From Candidatus Omnitrophota bacterium (GTDB taxonomy: Bacteria > Omnitrophota > Gorgyraeia > Zapsychrales > Fredricksoniimonadaceae): 55,851 nt of DNA. Below the pieces are notes generated by a model. The model made no database searches, was not told the origin of the DNA, and worked only from the letters and a program-made list of their open reading frames with translations. The stretch covers positions 1 through 55,851 of the forward strand of contig CAIVRE010000023.1 in the NCBI GenBank assembly GCA_903908245.1, read 5' to 3'. The translations under genes and the position numbers were made by a program. Shown here piece after piece: positions 36,120 through 44,206 of the stretch; the stretch's first letter is position 1; every line of letters begins with the position of its first letter.

Positions 36120-37867
36120 CATTTATTTATTCATTCAGTTTTGTCCTGGCTTTCTGCGCGCTGCTTTATGAGCTCTTGATCGCGCGGGTCGTATCGTTGT
36201 GGGCGGTCAATAATGCGGTCTGGTATGCCCTGGTTATCGGTATTTTTATCGGAGGCATGGGGCTGGGCGCCTGGTTCGCCGAGCGCGGGCCAAGGGAAGA
36301 ACCGGCGTGGCCCAGGCTTTTCCGGGTTGAGTTCTGCCTGGCTTTGGCCGGCGGGTTTTCGGTTCTGGCGGTTTATTGCGCGGCTTTAGGCGGGCTTTTT
36401 CTGGGTTTGTGCGGGTTTGAGGTTTGGGGCAGGGTCCTTTTTTTCGGGGTTGCTTTCGTTGCGGCGCTGGGGGTGGGGATCGGGGCGGGGATGGAGTTGC
36501 CGCTCTTGATGTCCATGGCGGATGATGTTCCTGGCGGGACATCGTATGAAAAGGCGTCCCGCGTGCTTTTAATGGATTATGCCGGCGCCCTCGCGGCCGG
36601 GGTCTTTTTCCCCTTGGCCATTATTCCTTTTATGAGCGCAATGTCCGCAGTTGTTCTGGTGGCCCTGGTCAATGCTGTTGCGGCGGTATGGTTGTTATGG
36701 CATTACCGGTCTTCCTTCGGGCGTAAGCGTGTATGGCTGTTGATGCTGCTGCTGGCGGTCGTTTATTGTTCTTCTGTCCGGATCGAGGCGTATTTTACCT
36801 CCAAATATTATTTCAGTTTTCAGGATACCCTTTCTTTTAAGGAATTTTTTAAACCACGTGTCTATCCTGGCCGGGTAGAACATTTGCGTTCGCCTTATCA
36901 GCTGGTGGACCTTGTGACGGTGGATGATATCGGCCCCGAAGCGCGTGGGTTGCTGGCGGCGTATATTAAGCCAGGCCCTGCCGTTAATAAAGATATAGAG
37001 GGGACTGTATTATTCCTGAACAATGATTTTCAGTTCGCGGTTTCTTTTGAACGGATCTATCATGAAGCGTTCGCGCATATTCCGATCTCGGTGACGGCTC
37101 GCATTCCGGTGAAGGTCCTTGTTTTGGGCGCGGGGGATGGCCTTCTTTTAAGGGAAATATTGAAATATCCCGAAGTTAAAGAAGTTGTTCTGGTCGATAT
37201 TGACCCGAAGGTCCTGGGGTTGTTCAGGAATGTCAAGGCGCTGGCGGATTTGAATGATAACGCGTTGCGGGACCCGCGCGTGCGGGTGGTCCTGGGGGAT
37301 GCGTACCAGTATGTCCGGCGCTTGCGGGAGAATTTCGATATGATCTTTTGTGATTTCCCCAATCCCGACGATTATGACCTGGCCAAATTGTACAGCCGTG
37401 AATTTTATGTTTTTATCCGGTCGCGCCTGCGGCCTGGAGGATCGCTGGTGGTTGATGCGCCGGGTTTGGCTTATGAAAAGGCGCAGAGAGGCCGCAATGT
37501 GTGGCATGTTCTAAGCAATAGTCTTGCTTCGGCGGGATTTAAGGCGATCGTGCCATTCTTTTCAAGGCTTGAGGATGATAATCCTGCTGCGTTGGCGCTC
37601 CTGGATGGGGATAGGGATGCTTTGCGCGGGTATCTTGACGGGCTGACCGCGGGTTTTATCATGGCCTCGGGTGATGAGCGGTCGTTGACCTTTGCCCGGC
37701 CGTTAAATGTCAGCGGCCTTAGAGTGATGACGGATGACCGGGTTCGGCTAGGCCTGGCAGAGTCCGGGCAGTATGTTCTTGAAAAGGACCCGTTGGCCGT
37801 TAATTCTATTCTTCGTCCGTTATTTCCGTTACGCGGGGATGCCGGAAAGGTCCGTAGCGCTTTTTGA
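36116..37867 (+). CDS. speE: Membrane-fused spermidine synthase (aminopropyltransferase)
   Basis: ~7 TM N-terminus; SPYQ, YHEAF, VLVLGAGDG, VDID, GDA, DFPNP, KLYSREFY. Confidence 0.85.
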   Translation: MTFIYSFSFVLAFCALLYELLIARVVSLWAVNNAVWYALVIGIFIGGMGLGAWFAERGPREEPAWPRLFRVEFCLALAGGFSVLAVYCAALGGLFLGLCGFEVWGRVLFFGVAFVAALGVGIGAGMELPLLMSMADDVPGGTSYEKASRVLLMDYAGALAAGVFFPLAIIPFMSAMSAVVLVALVNAVAAVWLLWHYRSSFGRKRVWLLMLLLAVVYCSSVRIEAYFTSKYYFSFQDTLSFKEFFKPRVYPGRVEHLRSPYQLVDLVTVDDIGPEARGLLAAYIKPGPAVNKDIEGTVLFLNNDFQFAVSFERIYHEAFAHIPISVTARIPVKVLVLGAGDGLLLREILKYPEVKEVVLVDIDPKVLGLFRNVKALADLNDNALRDPRVRVVLGDAYQYVRRLRENFDMIFCDFPNPDDYDLAKLYSREFYVFIRSRLRPGGSLVVDAPGLAYEKAQRGRNVWHVLSNSLASAGFKAIVPFFSRLEDDNPAALALLDGDRDALRGYLDGLTAGFIMASGDERSLTFARPLNVSGLRVMTDDRVRLGLAESGQYVLEKDPLAVNSILRPLFPLRGDAGKVRSAF

Positions 37868-37954
37868 TCCGGAAATAAACAAGATTATCACCCTGAAAGA
37901 ACGAGTTTGTTATAGAATAAAGATGGTTGTTCAAACTTTAACAAGGAGGGGCTT

Positions 37955-38635
37955 ATGTACGGATGGGATCAGATCATTTTAGACCCGGTCAAAACAATGC
38001 TCACCAAGGTGGCGTTGTTTGTTCCGGTGCTGTTTGGTGCGTTGGTGATACTGCTCGCGGGTTGGGTGGTTGCCAAGGTTGTCAGCGGCCTCGTGCAGAA
38101 AGCGTTGGATGGGATCAAGTTCAATGATTTTTCAGCCAAAATAGGGTTGACCGATCTGCTGCTTAAAGGGAACGTGGTATTGCCTCCGTCCGCGTTATTG
38201 GTTTCGGCGGTGTACTGGGCGGCGATGATCGTTGTTTTCGCGATCACGGTCGATGCCATTGGTCTTAATGTGGCGGCAACGCTCCTGGTGAAGGTTTCTT
38301 CTTATATCCCGAATGTTATTTCCGCGGTATTTGTTCTGATCGTGGGGATGTTCCTGGCCAACCTGATCAGCGGTGTGATCAAGGCGGCAGCGTCCGATGC
38401 GGGCCTGTCCCGTGCCGAATTCCTGGGCAGTATTGCCAAGGGCGCGATCCTGGTCTTTACGACAGTTGTTGTCCTCGAAGAGCTGAATGTGGCCTCGTTT
38501 TTTGTGACCACAACATTCCAGATCTTTTTCGCGGCGACTTGTCTGGCTTTGGCTCTGGCGTTCGGCCTTGGCGGCAAGGACCTGGCGGCCAAGATCCTCT
38601 GGGATTTCTTTAATAAACAGAACATCAATAAGTAA
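37955..38635 (+). CDS. MscS-associated TM-helix repeat protein (CmpX-like)
   Basis: Two PxL/VxxAxxILxxG repeats; ALALAFGLGGKD C-terminal motif; AGGAGG SD. Confidence 0.8.
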   Translation: MYGWDQIILDPVKTMLTKVALFVPVLFGALVILLAGWVVAKVVSGLVQKALDGIKFNDFSAKIGLTDLLLKGNVVLPPSALLVSAVYWAAMIVVFAITVDAIGLNVAATLLVKVSSYIPNVISAVFVLIVGMFLANLISGVIKAAASDAGLSRAEFLGSIAKGAILVFTTVVVLEELNVASFFVTTTFQIFFAATCLALALAFGLGGKDLAAKILWDFFNKQNINK

Positions 38636-38640
38636 TTCCT

Positions 38641-40614
38641 ATGAGTATTTCCGGTTTGCTGAAAAGCGCAGGGTTCATTCCCTGCGCTTTTTTATTGGGG
38701 GTTGTTTGTGCCGCGGCCCAGGTGTTGTTGTTCCGGGAGCTGATGGTATCCCTTTATGGGAATGAGCTGATCTTTGTGGGGCTTATGGCGGCCTGGTCTG
38801 CGGGGATCGCCTGCGGAGGGGTTTTGGGCCGGCGGTTCCGTAATGCCTGGGGGGTTCTTTTTTCAGGAGTCATCCTGCTTGTTCTGGTGCTTTGGGCTTG
38901 CCGTTATGCCCGGAGTGTTCTTGGCTGGCCTGTCGGGGTGACCGGGGCCTTGTTCCCGTCCTTGCTTGTTGCCGGTGTTTTGGTGTTTTCTCCGGCATTT
39001 TGTCTGGGGGCATGTTTTGCGGCAATGGTTTCAGGCCAGGGGAAAGACAAAGGCCCGCAGGTTTACGCGGTTGAAACGCTGGGCTTTGCGGCCGGGGCAT
39101 TGTTAATGGTGGGTTTTCTGGTCAGTCCATTTTGCGCCGTGAGCGTTGAGGCCCGTTCCCCTCAATGGCCGGGATACCGGGTTGTTGCGGCGCGCGAAAC
39201 ACCGCAGGCATCGTGGGTTGTGGTGGAGCGTCAGGGGGAGCGGAGCCTTTTTGAGAACGGATCGCATGTGGCAACGACCCACGACCGGTTGACGGCCGAA
39301 GAGAATGTCCATTATGCGCTTCTCGCGCATCCCCTCCCGCGGCGGGTCCTTTTGATCGGCGGGGCGGCTTCCGGGGCGATTGAGGAGGCATTGAAATATC
39401 CTGGTCTTTTGGTTGATGTGGTGGAGCCGGATCCGGCGGTATTTGATCTTGTCCGTTCGTTCTTTCCGGATGCTGCGGCAGCCATTCGCGATCCACGGGT
39501 ACGGGTTTTGGCGGGGGACGCGCGCCGCCTGGTCAGGACGTCGAGCGAGAGATACGATGTTATTATTGTCCTGGCCGGAGAGCCGTATTCTTTGTTGGTC
39601 AACCGGTATTTTACAGCGGATCTTTTCGCGGATGCCCGTGCCCGTCTCGCATTCGGCGGGATCCTGTGTCTGTCTTTGCCGGCTTCTGAAAATTATGTGA
39701 ATGAGGAAGGGCGTAGAGCGCTCGGGGGCATGTATTCAACGTTGGCGTCCGTCTTTTCGGAGGTCAGGGTTATTCCCGGTGGAAAATATATTTTTCTTGC
39801 TTCCGGTCGATCGGGGGGGATATCCGTTGATCCGGCGATCCTGGCCGGCCGACTTAAGGCGCGCGGCATCATGACGCAGTTCGTTCGTCCCGAATATTTT
39901 AATGACCGGCTCGGGGCCTCACGGCTTAAAGAGGCGACGGAGGTTGTCGCTGCTGGCGGCAGTATCAATTTGGATATCAGGCCGTCGGGCCTGGTGGATG
40001 CGTTGGCATATTGGGCGACACGGTCGGGTTCGTTATTTTCGGGTGTTGTGGAGGCGTTTCGACGCTATGGCGTTGTGTTGTGGTTGTTCCCTGTTCTGTT
40101 GTTATTACTTGTCCGCAAGAATAATGGCGTTGTTGTCCCGGCCGTGATCGGGTTCGGGCAGATGTCTTTTCAGACAGCCGTTGTCATGCTTTTTCAAAGC
40201 GCGTTCGGGAATGTTTACAGCATGATCGGGTTGCTTACGGCGGGTATGATGCTGGGGCTTTTTGCCGGGACGAGAGGCAGATCCTGGGATAAAAGGATCG
40301 CGCCATTCCTGGCCGGGGCTTTTGTGTTTGCGGCCGCGGCGGCTTGGGTACCGTGGATCGCGGGGAATGATCTTTCAGCCGGTGTTTTCTTTCTGGTCTT
40401 CCCGTTCCTGGCCGGAGTGTGTGGCGGCCGGCAGTTCGCCTTGGCGGTTACGCGGAATAATGCCGCAAAGGTTTATAGTTCCGACGTTCTTGGCAGCGGG
40501 GCAGGCGCTTTGTTCGGCGGCCTTTTTTTGATCCCGCTTTGGGGCATTCCCCAAACGCTTCTTTTCGCCGCTGCCCTTCAGCTTGCGGTTATTCGTCAAA
40601 GTAATTTTGATTGA
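38641..40614 (+). CDS. Fused MFS-like/spermidine-synthase-like membrane protein
   Basis: AQVLLFREL...GNEL TM region; VLLIGG, VEPDP, GDAR, YDVII; C-terminal TM block with YSSDVLGS. Confidence 0.78.
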   Translation: MSISGLLKSAGFIPCAFLLGVVCAAAQVLLFRELMVSLYGNELIFVGLMAAWSAGIACGGVLGRRFRNAWGVLFSGVILLVLVLWACRYARSVLGWPVGVTGALFPSLLVAGVLVFSPAFCLGACFAAMVSGQGKDKGPQVYAVETLGFAAGALLMVGFLVSPFCAVSVEARSPQWPGYRVVAARETPQASWVVVERQGERSLFENGSHVATTHDRLTAEENVHYALLAHPLPRRVLLIGGAASGAIEEALKYPGLLVDVVEPDPAVFDLVRSFFPDAAAAIRDPRVRVLAGDARRLVRTSSERYDVIIVLAGEPYSLLVNRYFTADLFADARARLAFGGILCLSLPASENYVNEEGRRALGGMYSTLASVFSEVRVIPGGKYIFLASGRSGGISVDPAILAGRLKARGIMTQFVRPEYFNDRLGASRLKEATEVVAAGGSINLDIRPSGLVDALAYWATRSGSLFSGVVEAFRRYGVVLWLFPVLLLLLVRKNNGVVVPAVIGFGQMSFQTAVVMLFQSAFGNVYSMIGLLTAGMMLGLFAGTRGRSWDKRIAPFLAGAFVFAAAAAWVPWIAGNDLSAGVFFLVFPFLAGVCGGRQFALAVTRNNAAKVYSSDVLGSGAGALFGGLFLIPLWGIPQTLLFAAALQLAVIRQSNFD

Positions 40615-40677
40615 TCATCAATCATTCTTATGGTATTTTTTGCTACAAAGCTATTGCAGATCTTGCGGCAGGGAGGA

Positions 40678-40830
40678 TTATCCGGCGAGGGTGTTCGGGC
40701 TGCGGTAGTAGCGGGCTTCTTTTATTCCGTTCGGGGGCGTGGTTTTCGGTGTGAATAAACCGGATATCCGGCCAAGAACGGGCCCGATGACCGCGAGTGC
40801 GCATATTTTCAGGAATTGTTTTCTGGTCAT
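40678..40830 (-). CDS. 50-aa peptide with twin-arginine-like signal
   Basis: ATGA overlap with the amrS stop; MTRKQFLK + hydrophobic stretch + IKEARYY. Confidence 0.5.
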   Translation of the reverse strand: MTRKQFLKICALAVIGPVLGRISGLFTPKTTPPNGIKEARYYRSPNTLAG

Positions 40831-41801
40831 TGCCATATCCCCGGGATCGGCGCTTTGCAGTATCCGCATTTTCCACCGTCCATGTGGTTTTCCAATATTT
40901 GATATCCGTAACGCTTGATGATGATCTTTTCGCACGACGGGCATTTCGTACTGTTTCCCGGATGTTCGGGAATGTTCCCCACATAAACGTAGTCCAGCCC
41001 TTCGGCGCGGGAGATATCCCAGGCCCGTGATAGTGTGGTTTCCGGCGTGGGAGGCAGATTCTGGAGTTTATGCATGGGCCAGAAACGGGAAAGATGCAGC
41101 GGCGTTTCTTTGCCGCAGTTCTCTTTGACCCAGCGGGCCAGCCCGCGGATGTCGTCATCACTGTCGTTCCAGGTGGGGATCACCAGATTGATGATCTCGA
41201 CCCATACACCTTTCTTTTTCATGGCGAGAATGGCGTCCTGTACGGGCCTGAGCGTGGCATTGCACATTTTTTTGTAAAAGTCATCGGTGATGCCTTTGAG
41301 GTTCACGCTGGCGGCATCGGTGACTTTACAGAGTTCCAGCAGAGGTTCCTGTTCGATATACCCCGCGGTGACGATAATATTCCTGATGTTCTTTTCTCTG
41401 GCCAGGCGCGATGTATCAAGGGTGTATTCGTAGAACACGACCGGTTCGGAATAGGTATAGGCGATACTGCGGCAACCGGCCTGCAGGGTACTGGCCACGA
41501 CGATCTCCGGTGCCATTGCGGAGTTGCGGGTTTCTTCCGGCTGGCTTTGGGATATCTCCCAGTTCTGACAGTACAGGCAGTGCAGGTTACAGCCGGCGGT
41601 CGCGATGGAAAAAGCGGTTGTACCCGGGAGCATATGGAACACCGGTTTCTTTTCGATAGGGTCAACATGCACAGCGCAGGGATTCCCGTAGACGAGAGAA
41701 AAGAGTTTGCCATTCACGTTCGTGCGTACGCGGCAGTCCCCCCGCTGGCCTTGGGCAAGCTTGCAATGACGAGGGCATAAAGTACATTCAACTTTGTTCA
41801 T
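40827..41801 (-). CDS. amrS: AmmeMemoRadiSam system radical SAM enzyme
   Basis: CTLCPRHC, VDPIEKKP, GCNLHCLYCQNWEISQ, AYTYSEP, YVYVGN, CPSC...CGYC. Confidence 0.92.
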   Translation of the reverse strand: MNKVECTLCPRHCKLAQGQRGDCRVRTNVNGKLFSLVYGNPCAVHVDPIEKKPVFHMLPGTTAFSIATAGCNLHCLYCQNWEISQSQPEETRNSAMAPEIVVASTLQAGCRSIAYTYSEPVVFYEYTLDTSRLAREKNIRNIIVTAGYIEQEPLLELCKVTDAASVNLKGITDDFYKKMCNATLRPVQDAILAMKKKGVWVEIINLVIPTWNDSDDDIRGLARWVKENCGKETPLHLSRFWPMHKLQNLPPTPETTLSRAWDISRAEGLDYVYVGNIPEHPGNSTKCPSCEKIIIKRYGYQILENHMDGGKCGYCKAPIPGIWQ

Positions 41802-41805
41802 AAGA

Positions 41806-42006
41806 TCATTTTACCGCGTTCCAATATTTTGCGGGATGTAATTTTATTCCTTTGGCGTCCATTGCAGCCAGCATGGCGGTGACCTGTGCGGGCGAAAGTT
41901 CCTGCGCGATCAATGACGGGGCGCGGGCAAGGCGGATGTTCTCCGCGGCATGGAAGGTCATCAGGGCGACAGCAAGCATGATAATGAGGATCAGCGGTTG
42001 TTTCAT
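41806..42006 (-). CDS. Short exported/membrane-anchored ORF; probable frameshifted N-terminus of amrS
   Basis: GGAAGG SD-like sequence, MKQPLILIIMLAVAL... ending LHPAKYWNAVK*; removing one A joins it in frame to amrS. Confidence 0.5.
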   Translation of the reverse strand: MKQPLILIIMLAVALMTFHAAENIRLARAPSLIAQELSPAQVTAMLAAMDAKGIKLHPAKYWNAVK

Positions 42007-43166
42007 CCCTTCCTCCCCAGTGACAGGAAGTCCCGTTTGCAGGCCGGCAAACATTTGCCGCACAAGATGCATTCGGCCGCATTGATCGTGATGCCTTTGC
42101 CGCAAGGAGTAATAGCCCCGACTGGACACACCATTATGCATGCACCGCAGGCGTCACAATTGTCGCTGGCCTTGATCTTTATCGGGGCGATAGTAGCGCA
42201 AATGCCCAAAAGTGCACCGGCCGGGCAAAGATATCGGCACCAGAAATGGCTGTAAAATACGCTGGCGATGAGGGACAGGCCGAGCAACCCCCAGGCAATA
42301 ATGGTCCCGTTGCCAGTGAATAAGGTGGTATAGGCCTCGATGTTCGCCGCTGCCGCATTCCCGATGATAAAACAGAAAGTCAGGATGATGGTAAGGATCA
42401 AATATTTAATATGCCACGGGTTGAAAGAATAAAGGGATCGTTCGATCGCAGGGTGATGGGGCGTCCGGCGATCCAAGGTCCCTAATCCTTCCTGTACCAG
42501 GGCAAAAGGGCACAGGCCCGAGCAGTATATCCTTCCGATAATAAATGCGGGGAGGAGGCTTACGGCAAGCGTTATCCACCATAAGGCATTGATAGCAAAG
42601 AGGGGAATATGCAGCAGGGCCGCGTTGCTGACCTGCACAATAGAGAACATGGTTTTGGTAATAAGGCCGAAATAGATAAATCCTGCGGACATCGCGGCCC
42701 AGTGCAATTTTCGATCTTTGAGCAGGAGGGCGGCCAGTGCCAGGGGCAGTAAAAGCAGAGGGATGACAATATCCCAGGGGTTAACGTGATGCCGGTAAGC
42801 TGCCGGCTGGCCTTTGACAGCGGCGTGGACGGCGTCCGTGACCGCCCGGCTTGTGACCGTTGCGCCGGTGATGCCGTCAATATCTTTGCCGAGTTCAATG
42901 GTATTCGTTGTGTCCTTGCCGTTGAACTGGGCCAGGAACCTTTCCGGATCGTTGATATAGGAGGGTGTCTCGTTATGCCCGAGGATCGAAAGGCTTTTGA
43001 TGCGGCCGTCGGCTGTGCGTACCAGGTCAAGCGTGATGGTGCCGCCGTAGCCGTCGGTCCTTAGTATCGCCCCTTCATGCGGCGGTTCCCGGTGGCGGAA
43101 AAGGTTCAGGGCCGCGCCCAGAAGGAAAAGGGCGGCAAGGATGATCGCGATGGTCCGGGTGAACAT
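42003..43166 (-). CDS. FMN-binding / 4Fe-4S membrane protein (NosR/NapH-like)
   Basis: GYGG and IDGITGATVTS flavinylation motif; GRIYCSGLCP and WCRYLCPAG; two CxxCxxCxxxC clusters. Confidence 0.88.
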   Translation of the reverse strand: MFTRTIAIILAALFLLGAALNLFRHREPPHEGAILRTDGYGGTITLDLVRTADGRIKSLSILGHNETPSYINDPERFLAQFNGKDTTNTIELGKDIDGITGATVTSRAVTDAVHAAVKGQPAAYRHHVNPWDIVIPLLLLPLALAALLLKDRKLHWAAMSAGFIYFGLITKTMFSIVQVSNAALLHIPLFAINALWWITLAVSLLPAFIIGRIYCSGLCPFALVQEGLGTLDRRTPHHPAIERSLYSFNPWHIKYLILTIILTFCFIIGNAAAANIEAYTTLFTGNGTIIAWGLLGLSLIASVFYSHFWCRYLCPAGALLGICATIAPIKIKASDNCDACGACIMVCPVGAITPCGKGITINAAECILCGKCLPACKRDFLSLGRKG

Positions 43167-43194
43167 AAGCCTATTTTATCACAAGGGCTGTTCA

Positions 43195-43215
43195 TATCGA
43201 GAAAGTTTCTCGATA
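43195..43215. promoter_or_regulatory. Palindromic operator candidate
   Basis: TATCGAGAAA-G-TTTCTCGATA (10-bp arms) in the divergent intergenic region; half-site ATCGAGAAA repeated at 43289-43297. Confidence 0.55.
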
Positions 43216-43248
43216 GTCCGTCGTAAGGGAATTATACGAATAATTATC

Positions 43249-43277
43249 TTGCCAAGGTCGCACGGCTTTCCTATAAT
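43249..43277 (+). promoter_or_regulatory. sigma70-type promoter of the hydrogenase operon
   Basis: TTGCCA - 17 bp - TATAAT, 68 bp upstream of the hydC ATG. Confidence 0.7.
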
Positions 43278-43344
43278 CGAAGCTCTTAATCGAGAAATCA
43301 TTCATCATTGGATTTTCAGGTTTTCAATGGAAAGAGGACGGGTT

Positions 43345-43827
43345 ATGGTCGAGGAAACACTGGTCGAAGATGTCAAGAAGGTCGTGGAGCGCTGGAAAGA
43401 AAAAAGAGGCAACCTGATCATGGTCCTGCATGATGTCCAGGACCGTTACGGCTATGTTCCGCGCGAAGCCTCGCTGGAAGTGTCACGCCAGCTTGATGTG
43501 CCGCTGGCCCGTATTTATGAAGTCCTTACTTTTTATAATTATTTTAAACTGCAGTCTCCGGGCAAGTTCAATATTTCGGTTTGCCTGGGTACAGCCTGTT
43601 ATCTGAAAGGCGCACCGGCGCTTATCGACGAGGTGCGTCATCTTCTTCATGTGGAGGAAGGCCAGTCGACCAAGGACGGCCTTTTTCATCTGCAGATCGT
43701 GCGTTGCCTGGGTTGCTGCGGCCTGGCACCTGTTATTACGGTCAAAGACAAGGTGTACAGCGCGGTCAAAAGGGCGGATGTGGTCAACATTATCGCGGAA
43801 CATTCCAACCAGAAGGTCGAGGTTTGA
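43345..43827 (+). CDS. hydC: [FeFe]-hydrogenase NuoE-like 2Fe-2S subunit (HydC/HndA)
   Basis: VLTFYNYF, VCLGTACYLKGA, RCLGCCGLAP. Confidence 0.88.
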   Translation: MVEETLVEDVKKVVERWKEKRGNLIMVLHDVQDRYGYVPREASLEVSRQLDVPLARIYEVLTFYNYFKLQSPGKFNISVCLGTACYLKGAPALIDEVRHLLHVEEGQSTKDGLFHLQIVRCLGCCGLAPVITVKDKVYSAVKRADVVNIIAEHSNQKVEV

Positions 43828-43829
43828 TT

Positions 43830-44171
43830 ATGGGTATCATGAAGCAGGATCTTGATCGTATCAAAGAAGAATCGGGGAAGAACGTTTCGAAGAACTGGAT
43901 CCGTGTCGGTTATAGCACCTGCGGGGTTGCCGCCGGGGCGGATGTGGTCTATCAGGTTTTGTCCGAAGATGCCAAGGCCAGGGGGCTGGCGGTCGAGGTC
44001 AAGAAGTGCGGTTGTGTCGGCATGTGTTCGGCGGAACCGCTGGTCGAGGTCAATGTGGAAGGCGCGCCGCATGTGTTTTACGGCAAGGTCACCAGGGAAG
44101 TCGCTCACAAGATCATGGACGAACATGTCTGCCAGAAGAAACTGGTCGAGAATCATATTTTTGAACTATAA
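43830..44171 (+). CDS. hydD: Thioredoxin-like (2Fe-2S) ferredoxin-fold subunit (HydD/HndB)
   Basis: IRVGYSTCGVAAGA, GCVGMCSAEPLVEV, YGKVT. Confidence 0.82.
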   Translation: MGIMKQDLDRIKEESGKNVSKNWIRVGYSTCGVAAGADVVYQVLSEDAKARGLAVEVKKCGCVGMCSAEPLVEVNVEGAPHVFYGKVTREVAHKIMDEHVCQKKLVENHIFEL

Positions 44172-44206
44172 ATTTTATTCGCGGATAATTAATAGGAAAA
44201 GACCAT

